The notes under the pieces are model-generated. The model searched no databases, was not told where the DNA came from, and saw only the letters and a list, made by a program, of their open reading frames with translations. A DNA stretch of 63,513 bases, filler included, from Craspedostauros australis (Eukaryota), in NCBI GenBank assembly GCA_030167865.1. It is 10 parts of 10 records of this genome, joined end to end, with 100 filler letters (N's around TTAATTAATTAA, not from the genome) between each part and the next. Parts side by side here need not be neighbours in the genome. Positions count along the whole stretch, not along the records: positions 13,435 to 15,458 come from JALAGF010005996.1; positions 15,559 to 19,561 come from JALAGF010005997.1; positions 19,662 to 21,544 come from JALAGF010005998.1; positions 21,645 to 30,718 come from JALAGF010005999.1; 6 more parts are not named here. One strand, written 5' to 3'. The first letter of the stretch is position 1; each line of letters begins with the position of its first letter. The position numbers and the translations under genes were made by a program. This document shows, one piece after another, positions 13,435-25,675 of the stretch.

Positions 13435-14137
13435 TGATGTACTGGATGGCTTGCTTGCCTTTTCCTTTCTCTGCATCCATCATGAGGATCAGATCGCTGA
13501 AGCAGTCGCATCCCAGCTTGTAGATTTCTTCCATCGCTTCCTTGGCTTCTCCGGCGGCTGCCGCGATCTCGCTCACTGTTGGCACTTTGGTCTTGCCCAA
13601 CATCACGTCTCTCGTCTTCTGTGCACGAGCGTATGCCTTCGCTTGGGACTCCCATGCGCTGTAGTNNNNNNNNNNNNNNNNNNNNNNNNNNNNNNNNNNN
13701 NNNNNNNNNNNNNNNNNNNNNNNNNNNNNNNNNNNNNNNNNNNNNNNNNNNNNNNNNNNNNNNNNNNNNNNNNNNNNNNNNNNNNNNNNNNNNNNCGATT
13801 CTTCGATTTTCGCTCGTAGTTGCGCGGAGATTGTTTTCGTCACAAATTCTCCTCCTGGTGGTGTCTCACTTTTCCCACTCTGTTTGGCTGTGCGAATACT
13901 CTCCGTCACACCAGTCTCCTCTTGCTTGTTCGCCTTGAGAATGCTCTTCTCCTCGCGATGTTGTCTTGCAGACCGTTCTTCTTCGGTCTCGTCGATTGCG
14001 CTTGCGTCTTCGCCTGATAGAACAGTAGCCGCTGCTACTTCCTTCTCTTGTCGTGGTGGAGTCTCACTCGCACCTTCTTCTTGCTTGATAGTCGGGTTGG
14101 ACAGAGGGATGTCTCTCAATTCCTCTTCCTCGCTCAT
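13435..14137 (-). mobile_element. gag: Copia gag N-terminal region (second family)
   Basis: ATG at 14137, ~80 bp inside the LTR end. An acidic leader is followed by YSAWESQAKAYA...DVMLG...FSDLILMMD...GKQAIQYI, which resembles the Copia gag N-terminal/UBN2-type region. Truncated by the scaffold end. Confidence 0.7.
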
Positions 14138-14219
14138 TCAGCCTGCTGCTCTTGAATGATGTTCGTCTTCCTCGCACGATACGATTCGCGGGCTCGCCCT
14201 GATCTATTGTTTATAAACG

Positions 14220-15004
14220 TGTTGGCAAGTTCTGCTCACGGTAACCTACGATCGTGGAAGATGGTGTTGGCTGATAGTCGTTCGTTTGCTATTTCATTAC
14301 TTGGCTACTCCGATGCTCTCGGTGTACGCCGTTCTCTTGCCCGATGCTCTCGGCGCTTCAATCTGTTTCGTAGATTCAGTCTCCGACTATGAGTCGGTAC
14401 GCGAGATCCTCTCTCGCTCTTCTCTCTTTACTCTCTCTCTCTCAACATCGTGTGCTCGTGCTACACGATACTCCGTGTTCGATGCGTACTCCGTATTCAA
14501 CACTCCGTTCATTCAGTACTGGCTCCTNNNNNNNNNNNNNNNNNNNNNNNNNNNNNNNNNNNNNNNNNNNNNNNNNNGGTCATCGGATCTTCGCCTCCTG
14601 CTCTGACTTGGAGACAGATGTCGACGTGGTGACATGATGACATCCTGTTGACGTCAGTAGGTGTCCTTCTGCTCTCCAGATGTCATGTTCCATTGGTGAT
14701 GCAGTGGTCTGTCAGATGATATCGTCATCTGAGGTTTAGTTGGGAAGTACCTNNNNNNNNNNNNNNNNNNNNNNNNNNNNNNNNNNNNNNNNNNNNNNNN
14801 NNNNNNNNNNNNNNNNNNNNNNNNNNNNNNNNNNNNNNNNNNNNNNNNNNNNNTGTGTTCCGTTTCCCCTGTAATTCTGACGAATCACAGTATACTATCG
14901 ACACGAATGTAGTTATACCGTCCAAGTGCGTATGAGAGAATAATGGGTGAACGATGCACATATACACGTACATCTTGACATATACTCACATATACATCTC
15001 GACA
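14220..15004 (-). mobile_element. 5' LTR of the Copia element whose gag starts at 14137
   Basis: On the minus strand it starts TGTCGAG (15004) and ends TTGCCAACA (14220), i.e. TG...CA. 14220-14661 matches 55063-55514 in reverse complement, and similarity stops exactly at CCAACA. Contains two N gaps. Confidence 0.8.
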
Positions 15005-15458
15005 GGTCCGTGTGCTGGGGTTATCCGCCTCGGGGTCCATGTCTTGGTCGAAGGTGACACGCCTGTTGTTGTTTATACCCTTCCTGAAGGGGCGGACCAC
15101 GCTNNNNNNNNNNNNNNNNNNNNNNNNNNNNNNNNNNNNNNNNNNNNNNNNNNNNNNNNNNNNNNNNNNNNNNNNNNNNNNNNNNNNNNNNNNNNNNNNN
15201 NNNNNNNNNNNNNNNNNNNNNNNNNNNNNNNNNNNNNNNNNNNNNNNNNNNNNNNNNNNNNNNNNNNNNNNNNNNNNNNNNNNNNNNTCTCCGTGTCGTA
15301 CGGTGTATGGGATTGCGTATCGTAGGGACGGGTCTGATGTGTGGTTGTGCACGTAGCACATGTATCGGAAAGCATGGAACCATGCTTTTGGTGGTGCCCC
15401 TGTCCGGTCAATGAGTGTCGTGACACATCGCTTCATGTACAGGATGGCGTTGTGCTCG
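15005..15458 (-). mobile_element. Copia integrase C-terminal fragment interrupted by the LTR at 15004
   Basis: LIDRTGAPPKAWFHAFRYMCYVHNH...SVVRP...NRR is homologous to MDRTGTPAKFW...LLNH...STIRP...NLR in the integrase at ~19000-19370. Confidence 0.75.
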
Positions 15459-15589
15459 NNNNNNNNNNNNNNNNNNNNNNNNNNNNNNNNNNNNNNNNNN
15501 NNTTAATTAATTAANNNNNNNNNNNNNNNNNNNNNNNNNNNNNNNNNNNNNNNNNNNNTCCCATCATTCGATATCGATCGCATTCGATC

Positions 15590-15750
15590 TATCGACAACA
15601 CAAACAGACATACAAACACAAACAAACAGACACATCAACAAACAAACAAACAAACAGACACATCAACAAATAAACAAACATACAAACACAAACAAACATA
15701 CACACCAACAAATAAACAAACAAACAAATAAACCAACCAACAAACAACAT
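15590..15750 (+). repeat. (CAAA)n-like A/C-rich low-complexity 5' leader of the Copia gag
   Basis: About 160 bp of acaa/caaa/caga variants directly upstream of ATG 15755. Confidence 0.85.
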
Positions 15751-15754
15751 CATC

Positions 15755-18700
15755 ATGACTACTCCTCCCCCCACCATCTCCGAAGCCGAGATCTTCAACC
15801 ATGTTGTCAGGTCCGTGGGCATTGCTGACGATTCTGATGCCAGAAGTCTGCTTGACCAACAGGGCATACTCAGCATTGCCGACCTTCTTCTCCTCTCCAG
15901 GGAGGACCTACAGGCCTTCCAATACCAAGGTCTTGATGAGGATGGCGAAGCCTTTGTGTACGAACTCGATGCTCCTTGCATCCGTCGTATCCTTGCCCTT
16001 CCTCGCTGGTGGCAACATCAGGTTGACCCAACCTTTGTCACCTGGTACACCATCTCCCGTCATTCTCTTGCCGAGGCCATCGCATCGCCAATTGTCGCTC
16101 CAGCAGAAGCAGCAGCGGCGCGCGCAGCAACAACAGCAGCTACCACAGCAGCAACTGCAGCAGCCACTGCAGCAGCTACTGTGGCAGCATCTTCGGCTCC
16201 AACACCTGATCCCATTACCTCAACTCCGGTCTCCTCGTCGGAATCCCGTCTCCAAGACTTCCGAAAGGGGATGAGACGCAACAGCAAGCATTTTCCCAAA
16301 CTCAAGGATGATCGGTTCTTTCTATCCTTCCGTCGCACCTTCATGACGGTTGCAGCCTCCCAAGGCGTCTCCGATGTCCTGAACCCGGAGTACAAGCCTG
16401 CAGATGAGGACATGGCCCTCTTCCAAGAGCAGAACACCTTTGTCTACTGCACCTTGGTACTCTCCCTGAAGACTCAGAAGGGTCAGAGATGCGTCCGGAA
16501 GNNNNNNNNNNNNNNNNNNNNNNNNNNNNNNTTTGCAGCCATGCTCTCTGAGTATACCACCGGCGTGACCGCGTCCAATGCCGGGAAACATCTTCGCTCC
16601 ATCCTCAACACCCTCAAACTGGACAAGGACTGGCGTGGCACTCGAGAGTCCTTCCTTGACTCGTGGTCCAACAAGGTGTACGATCTCGAAGTCATCCAAG
16701 ATGACGAGGTTGATNNNNNNNNNNNNNNNNNNNNNNNNNNNNNNNNNNNNNNNNNNNNNNNNNNGAATCCCGTCTCCAAGACTTCCGAAAGGGGATGAGA
16801 CGCAACAGCGAGCATTTTCCCAAGCTCAAGGATGATCGATTCTTCCTATCCTTCCGTCGCACCTTCATGACGGTCGCAGCCTCCCAAGGTGTCTCCGATG
16901 TCCTGAACCCGGAGTACAAGCCTGCAGATGAGGACATGGTCCTCTTCCAAGAGCAGAACACCTTTGTCTACTGCACCTTGGTACTCTCCCTGAAGACTCA
17001 GAAGGGTCAGAGATGCGTCCGGAAGNNNNNNNNNNNNNNNNNNNNNNNNNNNNNNNNNNNNNNNNNNNNNNNNNNNNNNNNNNNNNNNNNNNNNNNNNNN
17101 NNNNNNNNNNNNNNNNNNNNNNNNNNNNNNNNNNNNNNNNNNNNNNNNNNNNNNNNNNNNNNNNNNNNNNNNNNNNNNNNNNNNNNNNNNNNNNNNNNNG
17201 TGTACGATCTCGAAGTCATCCAAGATGACGAGGTTGATGCTGATCGCAAACGCGATTGGTTGGAGGAAGCCATCTCTCCAGACACCGAGCTCTACCGTGC
17301 CCTATTTGAGTCCCAGTACCTCGAGGCATCCCTACATGCAATGAGCATTGACGGTGTCTCAGCAGAGTTCACACTCGACTTCGAGCGTACTTTCGCGCTC
17401 GTACGCAGCCATGCTCAACGTCTCGACCGTGTCAAGCCTCGCGGACGTTCCAGTCGCAAGGTGAATAATGCCAAGCACTCCGGTGCTCGAGGCCAAGCAC
17501 AGACATGGAGCAAGGATAAGGATTACTCCAAGGATCCTCGTCCTCGTATCCCACGCGAGGAATGGATGAAGATGGAGCGGTCTCAGCGTCAAGCATTCCT
17601 TGAAGCCAAAGGAAAATGGGATCCCAATCGCGGAAAGGGCGGACGTCAACGCGCTGCCAACAAGGCAACTACCTCCAAGTCGGATGGGCATTCTGCAACT
17701 CCATCTGCCAATGCTGCCGATGCCAACACAACCACCACTCCTCCTGCTCAACCTGGAGATTCCATCAACCGCATGTTGGCGAATGCCAAGTCCACACCTT
17801 CCACTGACGAACCCATCCTGACCTACAAGGGTCAGACCTGGCGCCTTGCCAACCAGGCAATGGTCCGCTACGACTTCCACAAGACATCCAAAGCTCATCA
17901 TGGATCTCTCGTCGACAGCGGTGCCAATGGTGGCCTGGCTGGCGACGACGTCCTTGTACTGTGCAAGACTGGTCACACAGCGGATGTCAATGGCATTGGC
18001 GATTCTGCGATTGCCAACCTTGACATTGGGACTGTTGCTGGACTTGTCGACACCACCGAAGGTCCCATCATTGCNGTATTTCACCAATACGCTCTNTACG
18101 GAAAGGGGAAGACCATCCATTCTTCCAACCAACTCGCTTCCTTCGGCATCGACGTCAATGAGCGGCCACGACACCTGCCAGGCGGTCGACAGACCATCAT
18201 CACAACCGATGGCCGCGTCATCCCCCTCTCGATTCGTCATGGTCTGTCCTACATGGACATGCGTTGTCCTACCCGTGATCAGCTCGGCAAGTACCCTCAC
18301 GTCGACTTCACAGCTGACTCTGTGTGGGATCCCTCTGCCCTCGACCAAGAGCTTGACATCTCCGATGTCAGTGGAGACGACAAAGGTTCTTCCACCCCAA
18401 TCTCTGGACAAGAGCTCGACGTGTTCGTCACTGATGGTGAACCAACACGTGGCGAGACCTCGGACCACTCAGGAGGCATTGAGCTCAGCTCTGCTCCTGT
18501 CGACTATGAGGCCCTTCGTCCTCATTTCGGTTGGATCCCGGCTCGCCGTGTCCGCGACACATTGCGATGCACCTCGCAGTGGTACCGGACGGCGGAGCGC
18601 TTTTCCATGCGCAAACACTTCAGGACACGATTTCCGGCTGCCAACGTCGATCGTCTCCATGAAGTTGTGGCTATGGATACTCTCTTTTCGGACACTCCTG

Positions 18701-19561
18701 CACATGATNACGGCATTGCTGGACACGGCGGATGCACCATGATGCAGATCTACGTCGCTCTGCAGTCTCGATTCACAGCAGGGTTCCCCATGTCTTCCGA
18801 GAAGCAAGTTGCCAACACCTTCCTCGACTTCATCCGACACCATGGTGCGCCCGACCTTCTCATGTCGGATAACGCCAAGTCCGAGATTGGCTCCAAGGTT
18901 CAGGAGATCCTCCGCCAATACGCCATCAAAGACCATCAGAGCGAACCCGAGCATCAGCATCAGAACGGTGCGGAACGGCGTATTCAAGACATCAAGCGTA
19001 CCACCAATGGGATCATGGACCGCACTGGGACACCCGCCAAGTTTTGGCTGATCTGCACCCAGTACATCATCTCTCTGCTCAACCACATCGCGCAGCGCAC
19101 GGTTGGCAGCATCACTCCTTTCCAGGCCGCCTACGGGCACCGGCCAGACGTAAGCAAGTTCCTTGCTTACCGATGGTGGCAACCCGTGTACTTCCGAGTC
19201 GACAAGCCAGGCTTCCCCAGCCATTCCAAGGAGAGGCTGGGACGGTGGGCCGGCCCGTGCTTTCACAAGGGTGACGATCTCACCTTTTGGATCCTCGATG
19301 ACGCGTCGCAACGGCTTCTTCCTCGATCCACCATTCGCCCAGCGGACGATCCATCCACCAAGAACTTGCGTGCGGACTTTCCCCTTCCCATGGTTGGGGA
19401 GGACGAGGATGCAGCGACAGAGGCATCAGACCATGGGGAGTACGAGGATGACATCCCTGACTCTCCTGAGGCCGATACTGTTGTTCACACTCTCTCCGAC
19501 GCCATTCTTTTCGACTCCATGAGCACTGCATCAGGAACCATGGACAAGGGAGCGGTTTCCG
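15755..19561 (+). mobile_element. gag-pol: Ty1/Copia (CoDi1-like) gag-protease-integrase polyprotein, 3' truncated
   Basis: Gag motif FRKGMRRNSKHFPKLKDDRFF...ASQGVSDVLNPEYKP, aspartic protease SLVDSGANGGLAG, integrase VAMDTLFS / MSDNAKSE / QNGAERRIQDIK. 16765-17240 repeats 16241-16714 across a 50-N gap (assembly overlap with a few SNPs). Confidence 0.93.
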
Positions 19562-19661
19562 NNNNNNNNNNNNNNNNNNNNNNNNNNNNNNNNNNNNNNN
19601 NNNNNTTAATTAATTAANNNNNNNNNNNNNNNNNNNNNNNNNNNNNNNNNNNNNNNNNNNN

Positions 19662-21544
19662 GATCAACACAGTGCGAAGCTCGGCAGGTTGGTTGTTGAG
19701 TTTCCTCACCATCAGCTGCATCACATTGGTCGTGGCAGCGAAGGTACTTCGGTGGTGCTGCAGATCCGCAGGGTGCGATGAACTGAGGTCGTCGCTGCCC
19801 AGAGACTCGTCATCAGGGAGGTGCCACTCCCACTGGAAGGATATGCGGCTGTACACGATGGCATTGCATCGCTCGAGCTCTTCGAGGAGCTGGAGCATGA
19901 AGAATATGTTCCCATCAGTCTTGTTGTAGATCTTCGCAGCCAATGGCTGCAGCTTGTCCGCCTCTCTATCGAGCAGCTGCGACAACCACAGCCCGACATC
20001 TTGTTGGGTCATGTTGCTGAGGTGGATGTCCGTCCACAGTCGAGGGCCGTTCGGNNNNNNNNNNNNNNNNNNNNNNNNNNNNNNNNNNNNNNNNNNNNNN
20101 NNNNNNNNNNGATGTTGGCTTTCATACAACCTATCAAGCATGTTGGCCAGTGGTGACATGGAATCCAACTCCAATGGTTGGTCGGTGTGCGGGTTGATTT
20201 CTTGACGAATGGTGCCGACCAACAGGAAGTTGCCCAATGTCTTATCTCGAAGAAGAGTGGAGAGGAGATCCAAGGCGACTTGAGAGCTCCATTGCATGTC
20301 GTCGAGGAACATGATGACTGGTCGCATCCTTGNNNNNNNNNNNNNNNNNNNNNNNNNNNNNNNNNNNNNNNNNNNNNNNNNNGAGCAGCTGCGACAACCA
20401 CAGCCCGACATCTTGTTGGGTCATGTTGCTGAGGTGGATGTCCGTCCACAGTCGAGGGCCGTTCGGCGTCTGTGGTCTGGGCCAGGTCCCGGGATATTCG
20501 GGAGGCTGTTGATCTTCCGAGCGATGTTGGCTTTCATACAACCTATCAAGCATGTTGGCCAGTGGTGACATGGAATCCAACTCCAATGGTTGGTCGGTGT
20601 GCGGGTTGNNNNNNNNNNNNNNNNNNNNNNNNNNNNNNNNNNNNNNNNNNNNNNNNNNNNNNNNNNNNNNNNNNAGGAGATCCAAGGCGACTTGAGAGCT
20701 CCATTGCATGTCGTCGAGGAACATGATGACTGGTCGCATCCTTGTCGCGATTGCCTTGATAAACGACCCGAAGACGTACTGCAGCTTGTTCCAGGCCCGA
20801 TCACTGGAGGTCACCATTTGGTCCAAGTTGTCTCTTCGAGTATCCGTACTTCGCGAGTGTATGGAGGGTGTCACGGATGTGGGTTTGATGGAGTCGGTGA
20901 TGCCGCCCTCCGCCTGTGACGCGGATAGATCGGAGTTGACCAAGGACATGATAGATGGCACCATCATCGCCATCATCTGCACCTCTTCACCCAGACTCTC
21001 CCTCACGATCTTGGCCATGCGCTCGCGTTCCACATCGGGTCCATTGATGACCTGCTGGCAGAAGTCATCGAGAGCCTGGATGATGGCAGAGAAGGGATCT
21101 TTGGAGCCTGTGCTTTCATCGTTCTTGCCTCGAATGATGTATGCACGCTGCTTTTCCTGCGCACGCGATGTCGTCTGCTCGGAGGGTTGTTGATTGCCGG
21201 TGCCAGCGTCATCCTTTCTAACGTTGTTGCTGTTGCCATGATTGGCACCAACACCAAGAGAAGCCGCAAACTGCTCGACGAGTCTCGACTTTCCCGTTCC
21301 GCTGAGTCCCCACAGGAAGACGGCAGGCAACCTCGGAATGCCATTTGGATTCTGGGTTTGGATGATCGAAACTTGCTCGGAAGGCAAGGAAACATCACCA
21401 TCGCTCGGATCGGCCTTGCGCCCATCACTGTCAGATGATTCCTGACGATTCCCGTGCTGCCCCTGACTCTGGCGCGCTTGCTTTTGCCTTCGCCGTTCCT
21501 TGTCGCGCCTTGGCGATCGTCGCACGATGCCATCGAATGCGTCC
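19662..21544 (-). CDS. STAND-class AAA ATPase fragment (both ends missing), paralogue of 45533-49756
   Basis: Walker A GLSGTGKS, DPFSAI, Walker B IMFLDDMQW, and KTDGNIFF...LEEL...YSRISFQWEW. 19971-20332 duplicates 20383-20744 across a 50-N gap. Confidence 0.85.
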
Positions 21545-21644
21545 NNNNNNNNNNNNNNNNNNNNNNNNNNNNNNNNNNNNNNNNNNNNTTAATTAATTAA
21601 NNNNNNNNNNNNNNNNNNNNNNNNNNNNNNNNNNNNNNNNNNNN

Positions 21645-22262
21645 GGCGTTGGGGCTGCCTCTGGCCGGCTGGGACGTCCTGGACGGCGCGGTGTTGGTGG
21701 TGTTGGGAGATGTTCCGATCGCGCGTGGGCGCTGGTCGGAGGTGGAACGGAATTCGTCACGAAAGGAGTCGTCTCGCATGGAGTCGTCCTCGTCTGTGAA
21801 CTCATCGAAGCCTCCATCGGTCATCTTGTCGCCCGCCTCCTCATCGGAACACTGGCTCTCGATGTCGTCATCATCATCGTCGATGATGTGGATGTCGTCA
21901 TCTATCTGCTGCGTGTTGGCGGTGGCACCCGCGCTGACGTTGTGACTCTGGCTGTGACTGTGGCTGCGACTGCGGCTGTTGGCGTCGGCACCCTCATCGT
22001 CGTCGCTGTTGTCGCTGTCAATGTCGTCGTCCAGGCCTTCATCCAGGCCTTCGTCGAAGGGCTCCTCATCGCTGTCCACCACCCTCCTCGCACTGATGGA
22101 GTCCACCATGTCGGCGTCGAAGTCCTGCTGCGAGTGCATGGAGAACTCTGCCTCATTGTCATCGCNGTACACGGTCTGCTGCTTGCTGCCCAGGTCGTCC
22201 ATGTACTTGGAGGTGTAGGCAGAGGCGTAGCCGGTGGGCGATGATGCTGCCGATGACGACAT
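21645..22262 (-). CDS. Acidic disordered protein, copy 1 (N-terminal part; cut by the scaffold end)
   Basis: D/E/S-rich ORF from ATG 22262; near-identical to 26584-27217. Confidence 0.65.
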
Positions 22263-23870
22263 GGAGCTTGGTGATGGCGCAGAGTTGCGGCCGTACTGGT
22301 GACCGNNNNNNNNNNNNNNNNNNNNNNNNNNNNNNNNNNNNNNNNNNNNNNNNNNNNNNNNNNNNNNNNNNNNNNNNNNNNNNNNGGGAATCTGTTGTCT
22401 TCCATCGATTTGTGTTGTCTTCTGTTGTGTTGTCTTGTGTTGTATTGTGTTGGGTTGTTTTGGGAATGATCTGCTCTGTTGCTTCGTTCAGTCGTTCAAT
22501 CGCACAATGATCGATGCTCAATGTTGAATGTTGAATGGACGGCCTTTTGCGACTAACGTGATTGCTGATGGCGCAGTATCCAGTATCCAATGTCCAGCGG
22601 TGGATCTACTCTCTCTCTCTCTTTCCCTCTCTGTCCAGTGATTCTTGAGGCAACGGGGTGATGCGATGTGATGCGATGCGATACACAATGTGGTTGATGT
22701 TGATCATGGTGTCGCTGTTGCAATTGTTGAGCCTGTCAAAGGAAATGGCCGTCGGTGGTTCTCAATCCACGACGGAAGACAAGTGTCGGGGATGGTGATG
22801 ACAGTGAGTCCGTTGCCACCAACATGCACGCGATGCAGATGGCACCAATCATCCTCTTTTGATGCATCAACGATGCTATTGCTGCTATTGCTGCCATTGC
22901 TGTGATTCTTCTGGTTGTGGCTGTCTCTGTGGTTGGGCGATCAATGAGTGAGGAACCAAGTCAACCAGCCGAAAGTGTTCGAAGTCTCTCAAGAAGCAGA
23001 GAGGGAGAGAGAGAGAGTATTGGTATGTTCTGTGGATGGACACTTGATGTCGGCGTTGAGCATCGTTGAGCATTGCAGTTGTGACGATCTGCATCAGTAT
23101 TCTGCAGCGATGTCTGCAACAGCACCACCATCACCATCGTCATCATCACAGAGTTCGCAATGATTGAGTGAGGCGAGATGAGTCCTGGATACGTTTGTTG
23201 TCGATTGAAACACGAGTGGTGTCATCATCGTGATCGTCATCGTCATCATCCTCTTGGCAAAACAAGAGAAACGCCTCTGGTGTCCACCGAAGAAATCATC
23301 GTGGTGGATTTCTCACATCGTGGATCTACCCATTGCGGTCGTTCGATGACATCCAACTGCCGAAGTACATACTACTATAATAGTATGCATTCGTATGGCA
23401 CAATGGTTGACTCCCCCAAGACCATCACAGAGGGATGTGCCTACTCATGTTGCACGACCTATGGTATCACACGGAGAGGCGCAACTGCACAGTGCGGCCA
23501 AGTCGGGCATCATCGAAGGTCGTATCGTGCGAGCGAGCGAGCGAGCTAGCCAGCTTCGGATCATGATGTGGCTGTCCACGGTCGCACCACACCATCGCAT
23601 GCCACATCATACCACACCATACCGTACACCGAGGTGGAACTGCGCAAGTCCATGCAGGTGTGTTGACTGATGGTAGATCCCTTCGTGATGAATGCACAGG
23701 ATCATGAAATGGAAGACAGCAAACTTGAGCAGATGAGCTCATAATCGCCATCCAAGCGCAACTGATTTGGGACCACATACTCTGCCTGCTGCATCTACTC
23801 TTCTCGTTCGATTGTGCCACCAACAGCAACAATCGGCATCAGCCGTATCAACAGTGACGACAAGAAAAGG

Positions 23871-25229
23871 ATGAACCGCAACATGGATGATGTCGCCAAC
23901 AACAATACCAACAGTGACCATGATCCAGACTTCAAGACTTTCTGGAAACAGCTCCATCAAAAAGAGCTGGCACCGAAGGCAGTGTTCAATATACAGAGTT
24001 ATCCAAGAGAGCAGATGGACTGCTACAGTGTCACACCCAAGCGGATGGAATACTGGGACATGGCAATCGAAGCAGAATTCACCTTTGCTGACTTGAAATC
24101 GATGGTGGAGGGGCGGGACGAGTACGTTGCTTTATCACCTCGTGTTCTGCTGAGCGGTTGGCCTTACGCCGACAGAGGGCGGATGCACATTGGATCCCTG
24201 CGCTTGGACTTCGGCAGCAAATATCAATTCGGAGAAGAAGACAAGCAAGCGATTCGCTTCGTACTTCGATTGGCTACCGAACACCCACGCACATCTTCAT
24301 TCGATGAAGGCATCCGCTTGACTCAATACTTCGTGAAGATGAAGCAGCTCCACGATATCCCTCTTGTGACACATCGTGTGGAGTTGTGTTATTGTGATCT
24401 TGTTGATTGTGACAAGCTCATGCTCAACATCTCCCAAAACTCGAAATACGTTGAGTTTCGTTTCTGTCAGCTTGCCAATGGGGGCGCTGATTTGTGCAGA
24501 TGGCTGTCTCCAAACAATTGTAGCGTCACCGAAGTATCCATTTTATTCACCCGTATCACTTGTGATAGCTTGGCAAAGCTATTTCAGTCAAACAAGCGCA
24601 TCAACAAGCTCAACATCAGTTGGTTTTGGTTCTCCAACGAAGAATCCTACTTTCGACAAGAAATCGACCAGATCATCCAACTCCTTTCAGATGCATCGCA
24701 CCTGAAGAAGCTCAAAGTTTCCAATCATTGGTTCGGGTCACCGCCGCAAGAGCGGGATACAAGGCTCGATGCATTGATATCGCTCCTGGGAAACAAGAGC
24801 TTGTCATGTCTCACCTTCTCTGCCGGTGGTGCTCCCACCATACCTGAGATTCCGCCTGAAATCCTCTCGGCACAAATGGAAGCACTTGAGCAAGCCTTGG
24901 AGCAGACTACCCAACTCACCTATCTCCACATTTCTCCAAGCCTGCCCAACGAACATGACAATTGGTACGATGCACTTGTTGAACGTATCTTGTGGCGAAA
25001 TTATCGCAACAAGATGAGAACAATGCTGTGTTCCCTTCCGACATGGTCGCAGCCACTGGCCCTGTTTGGGGAGGTGCTGATGAGAACAAACAAACGTGAG
25101 GGTACAATGGGTCCAATGGGTTCCATGAACAAGACTTTTAACATCCTGCTGCAGTGCAGTGAGATGTTGAAACAGACATGGGACGATCGTCGTGCCGAGC
25201 TTCATGATCAGAAACGACAGAAGAAATAG
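23871..25229 (+). CDS. RNI-like leucine-rich-repeat protein, copy 1 (452 aa from the first ATG)
   Basis: Uninterrupted ORF with degenerate LxxLxL-type strands (IGSLRLDF, VTEVSI, INKLNI, LKKLKV, LSCLTF, LTYLHI) alternating with amphipathic helices, and a C-terminal ILWRN cap. Confidence 0.72.
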   Translation: MNRNMDDVANNNTNSDHDPDFKTFWKQLHQKELAPKAVFNIQSYPREQMDCYSVTPKRMEYWDMAIEAEFTFADLKSMVEGRDEYVALSPRVLLSGWPYADRGRMHIGSLRLDFGSKYQFGEEDKQAIRFVLRLATEHPRTSSFDEGIRLTQYFVKMKQLHDIPLVTHRVELCYCDLVDCDKLMLNISQNSKYVEFRFCQLANGGADLCRWLSPNNCSVTEVSILFTRITCDSLAKLFQSNKRINKLNISWFWFSNEESYFRQEIDQIIQLLSDASHLKKLKVSNHWFGSPPQERDTRLDALISLLGNKSLSCLTFSAGGAPTIPEIPPEILSAQMEALEQALEQTTQLTYLHISPSLPNEHDNWYDALVERILWRNYRNKMRTMLCSLPTWSQPLALFGEVLMRTNKREGTMGPMGSMNKTFNILLQCSEMLKQTWDDRRAELHDQKRQKK

Positions 25230-25675
25230 CGCTGCAGCGATAAGATCATGGGCCTTCAATGAAAGTGGCAGCCAACTGGCCACACTCGTGAAAGCGACGG
25301 AGCTTCTAATTGGCGCTCGTCGCTTACAAAGCAAAGAAAGGTGTATCGATGATTGATGCGATACTGTATCACCTTAAACGACTGTAGGACAACTGCTCTC
25401 ATCCAAATCCACTGACTGCAAGCGAATCGAGTGTGTGTATGTAGCACTTATGTCCATGCCAGTGCGCGTTCCTGCCAAGATCACAACAGTGATACATCCA
25501 CAATGACGAGAAACCACACAGCGTCAACACCAAACAAAGCAACGAGAGTCACGATGATACTATAATACGATACTACTATTTGGGATACTCTATCTCCGGC
25601 GATCGGCATGCTTGACTTGCGGTCAACGAAAGTCAGAGGCGTCGGCAGCGAGAGTCGCAAAACAAAACTGATGTT

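Noticed and set aside
19662..22262. Acidic ORF (22262-21645) as the N-terminus of the STAND ATPase (21544-19662), since both are on the minus strand
   Set aside because: They are separated by an artificial linker, and copy 2 of the acidic gene continues into a TM-ending tail rather than an ATPase.
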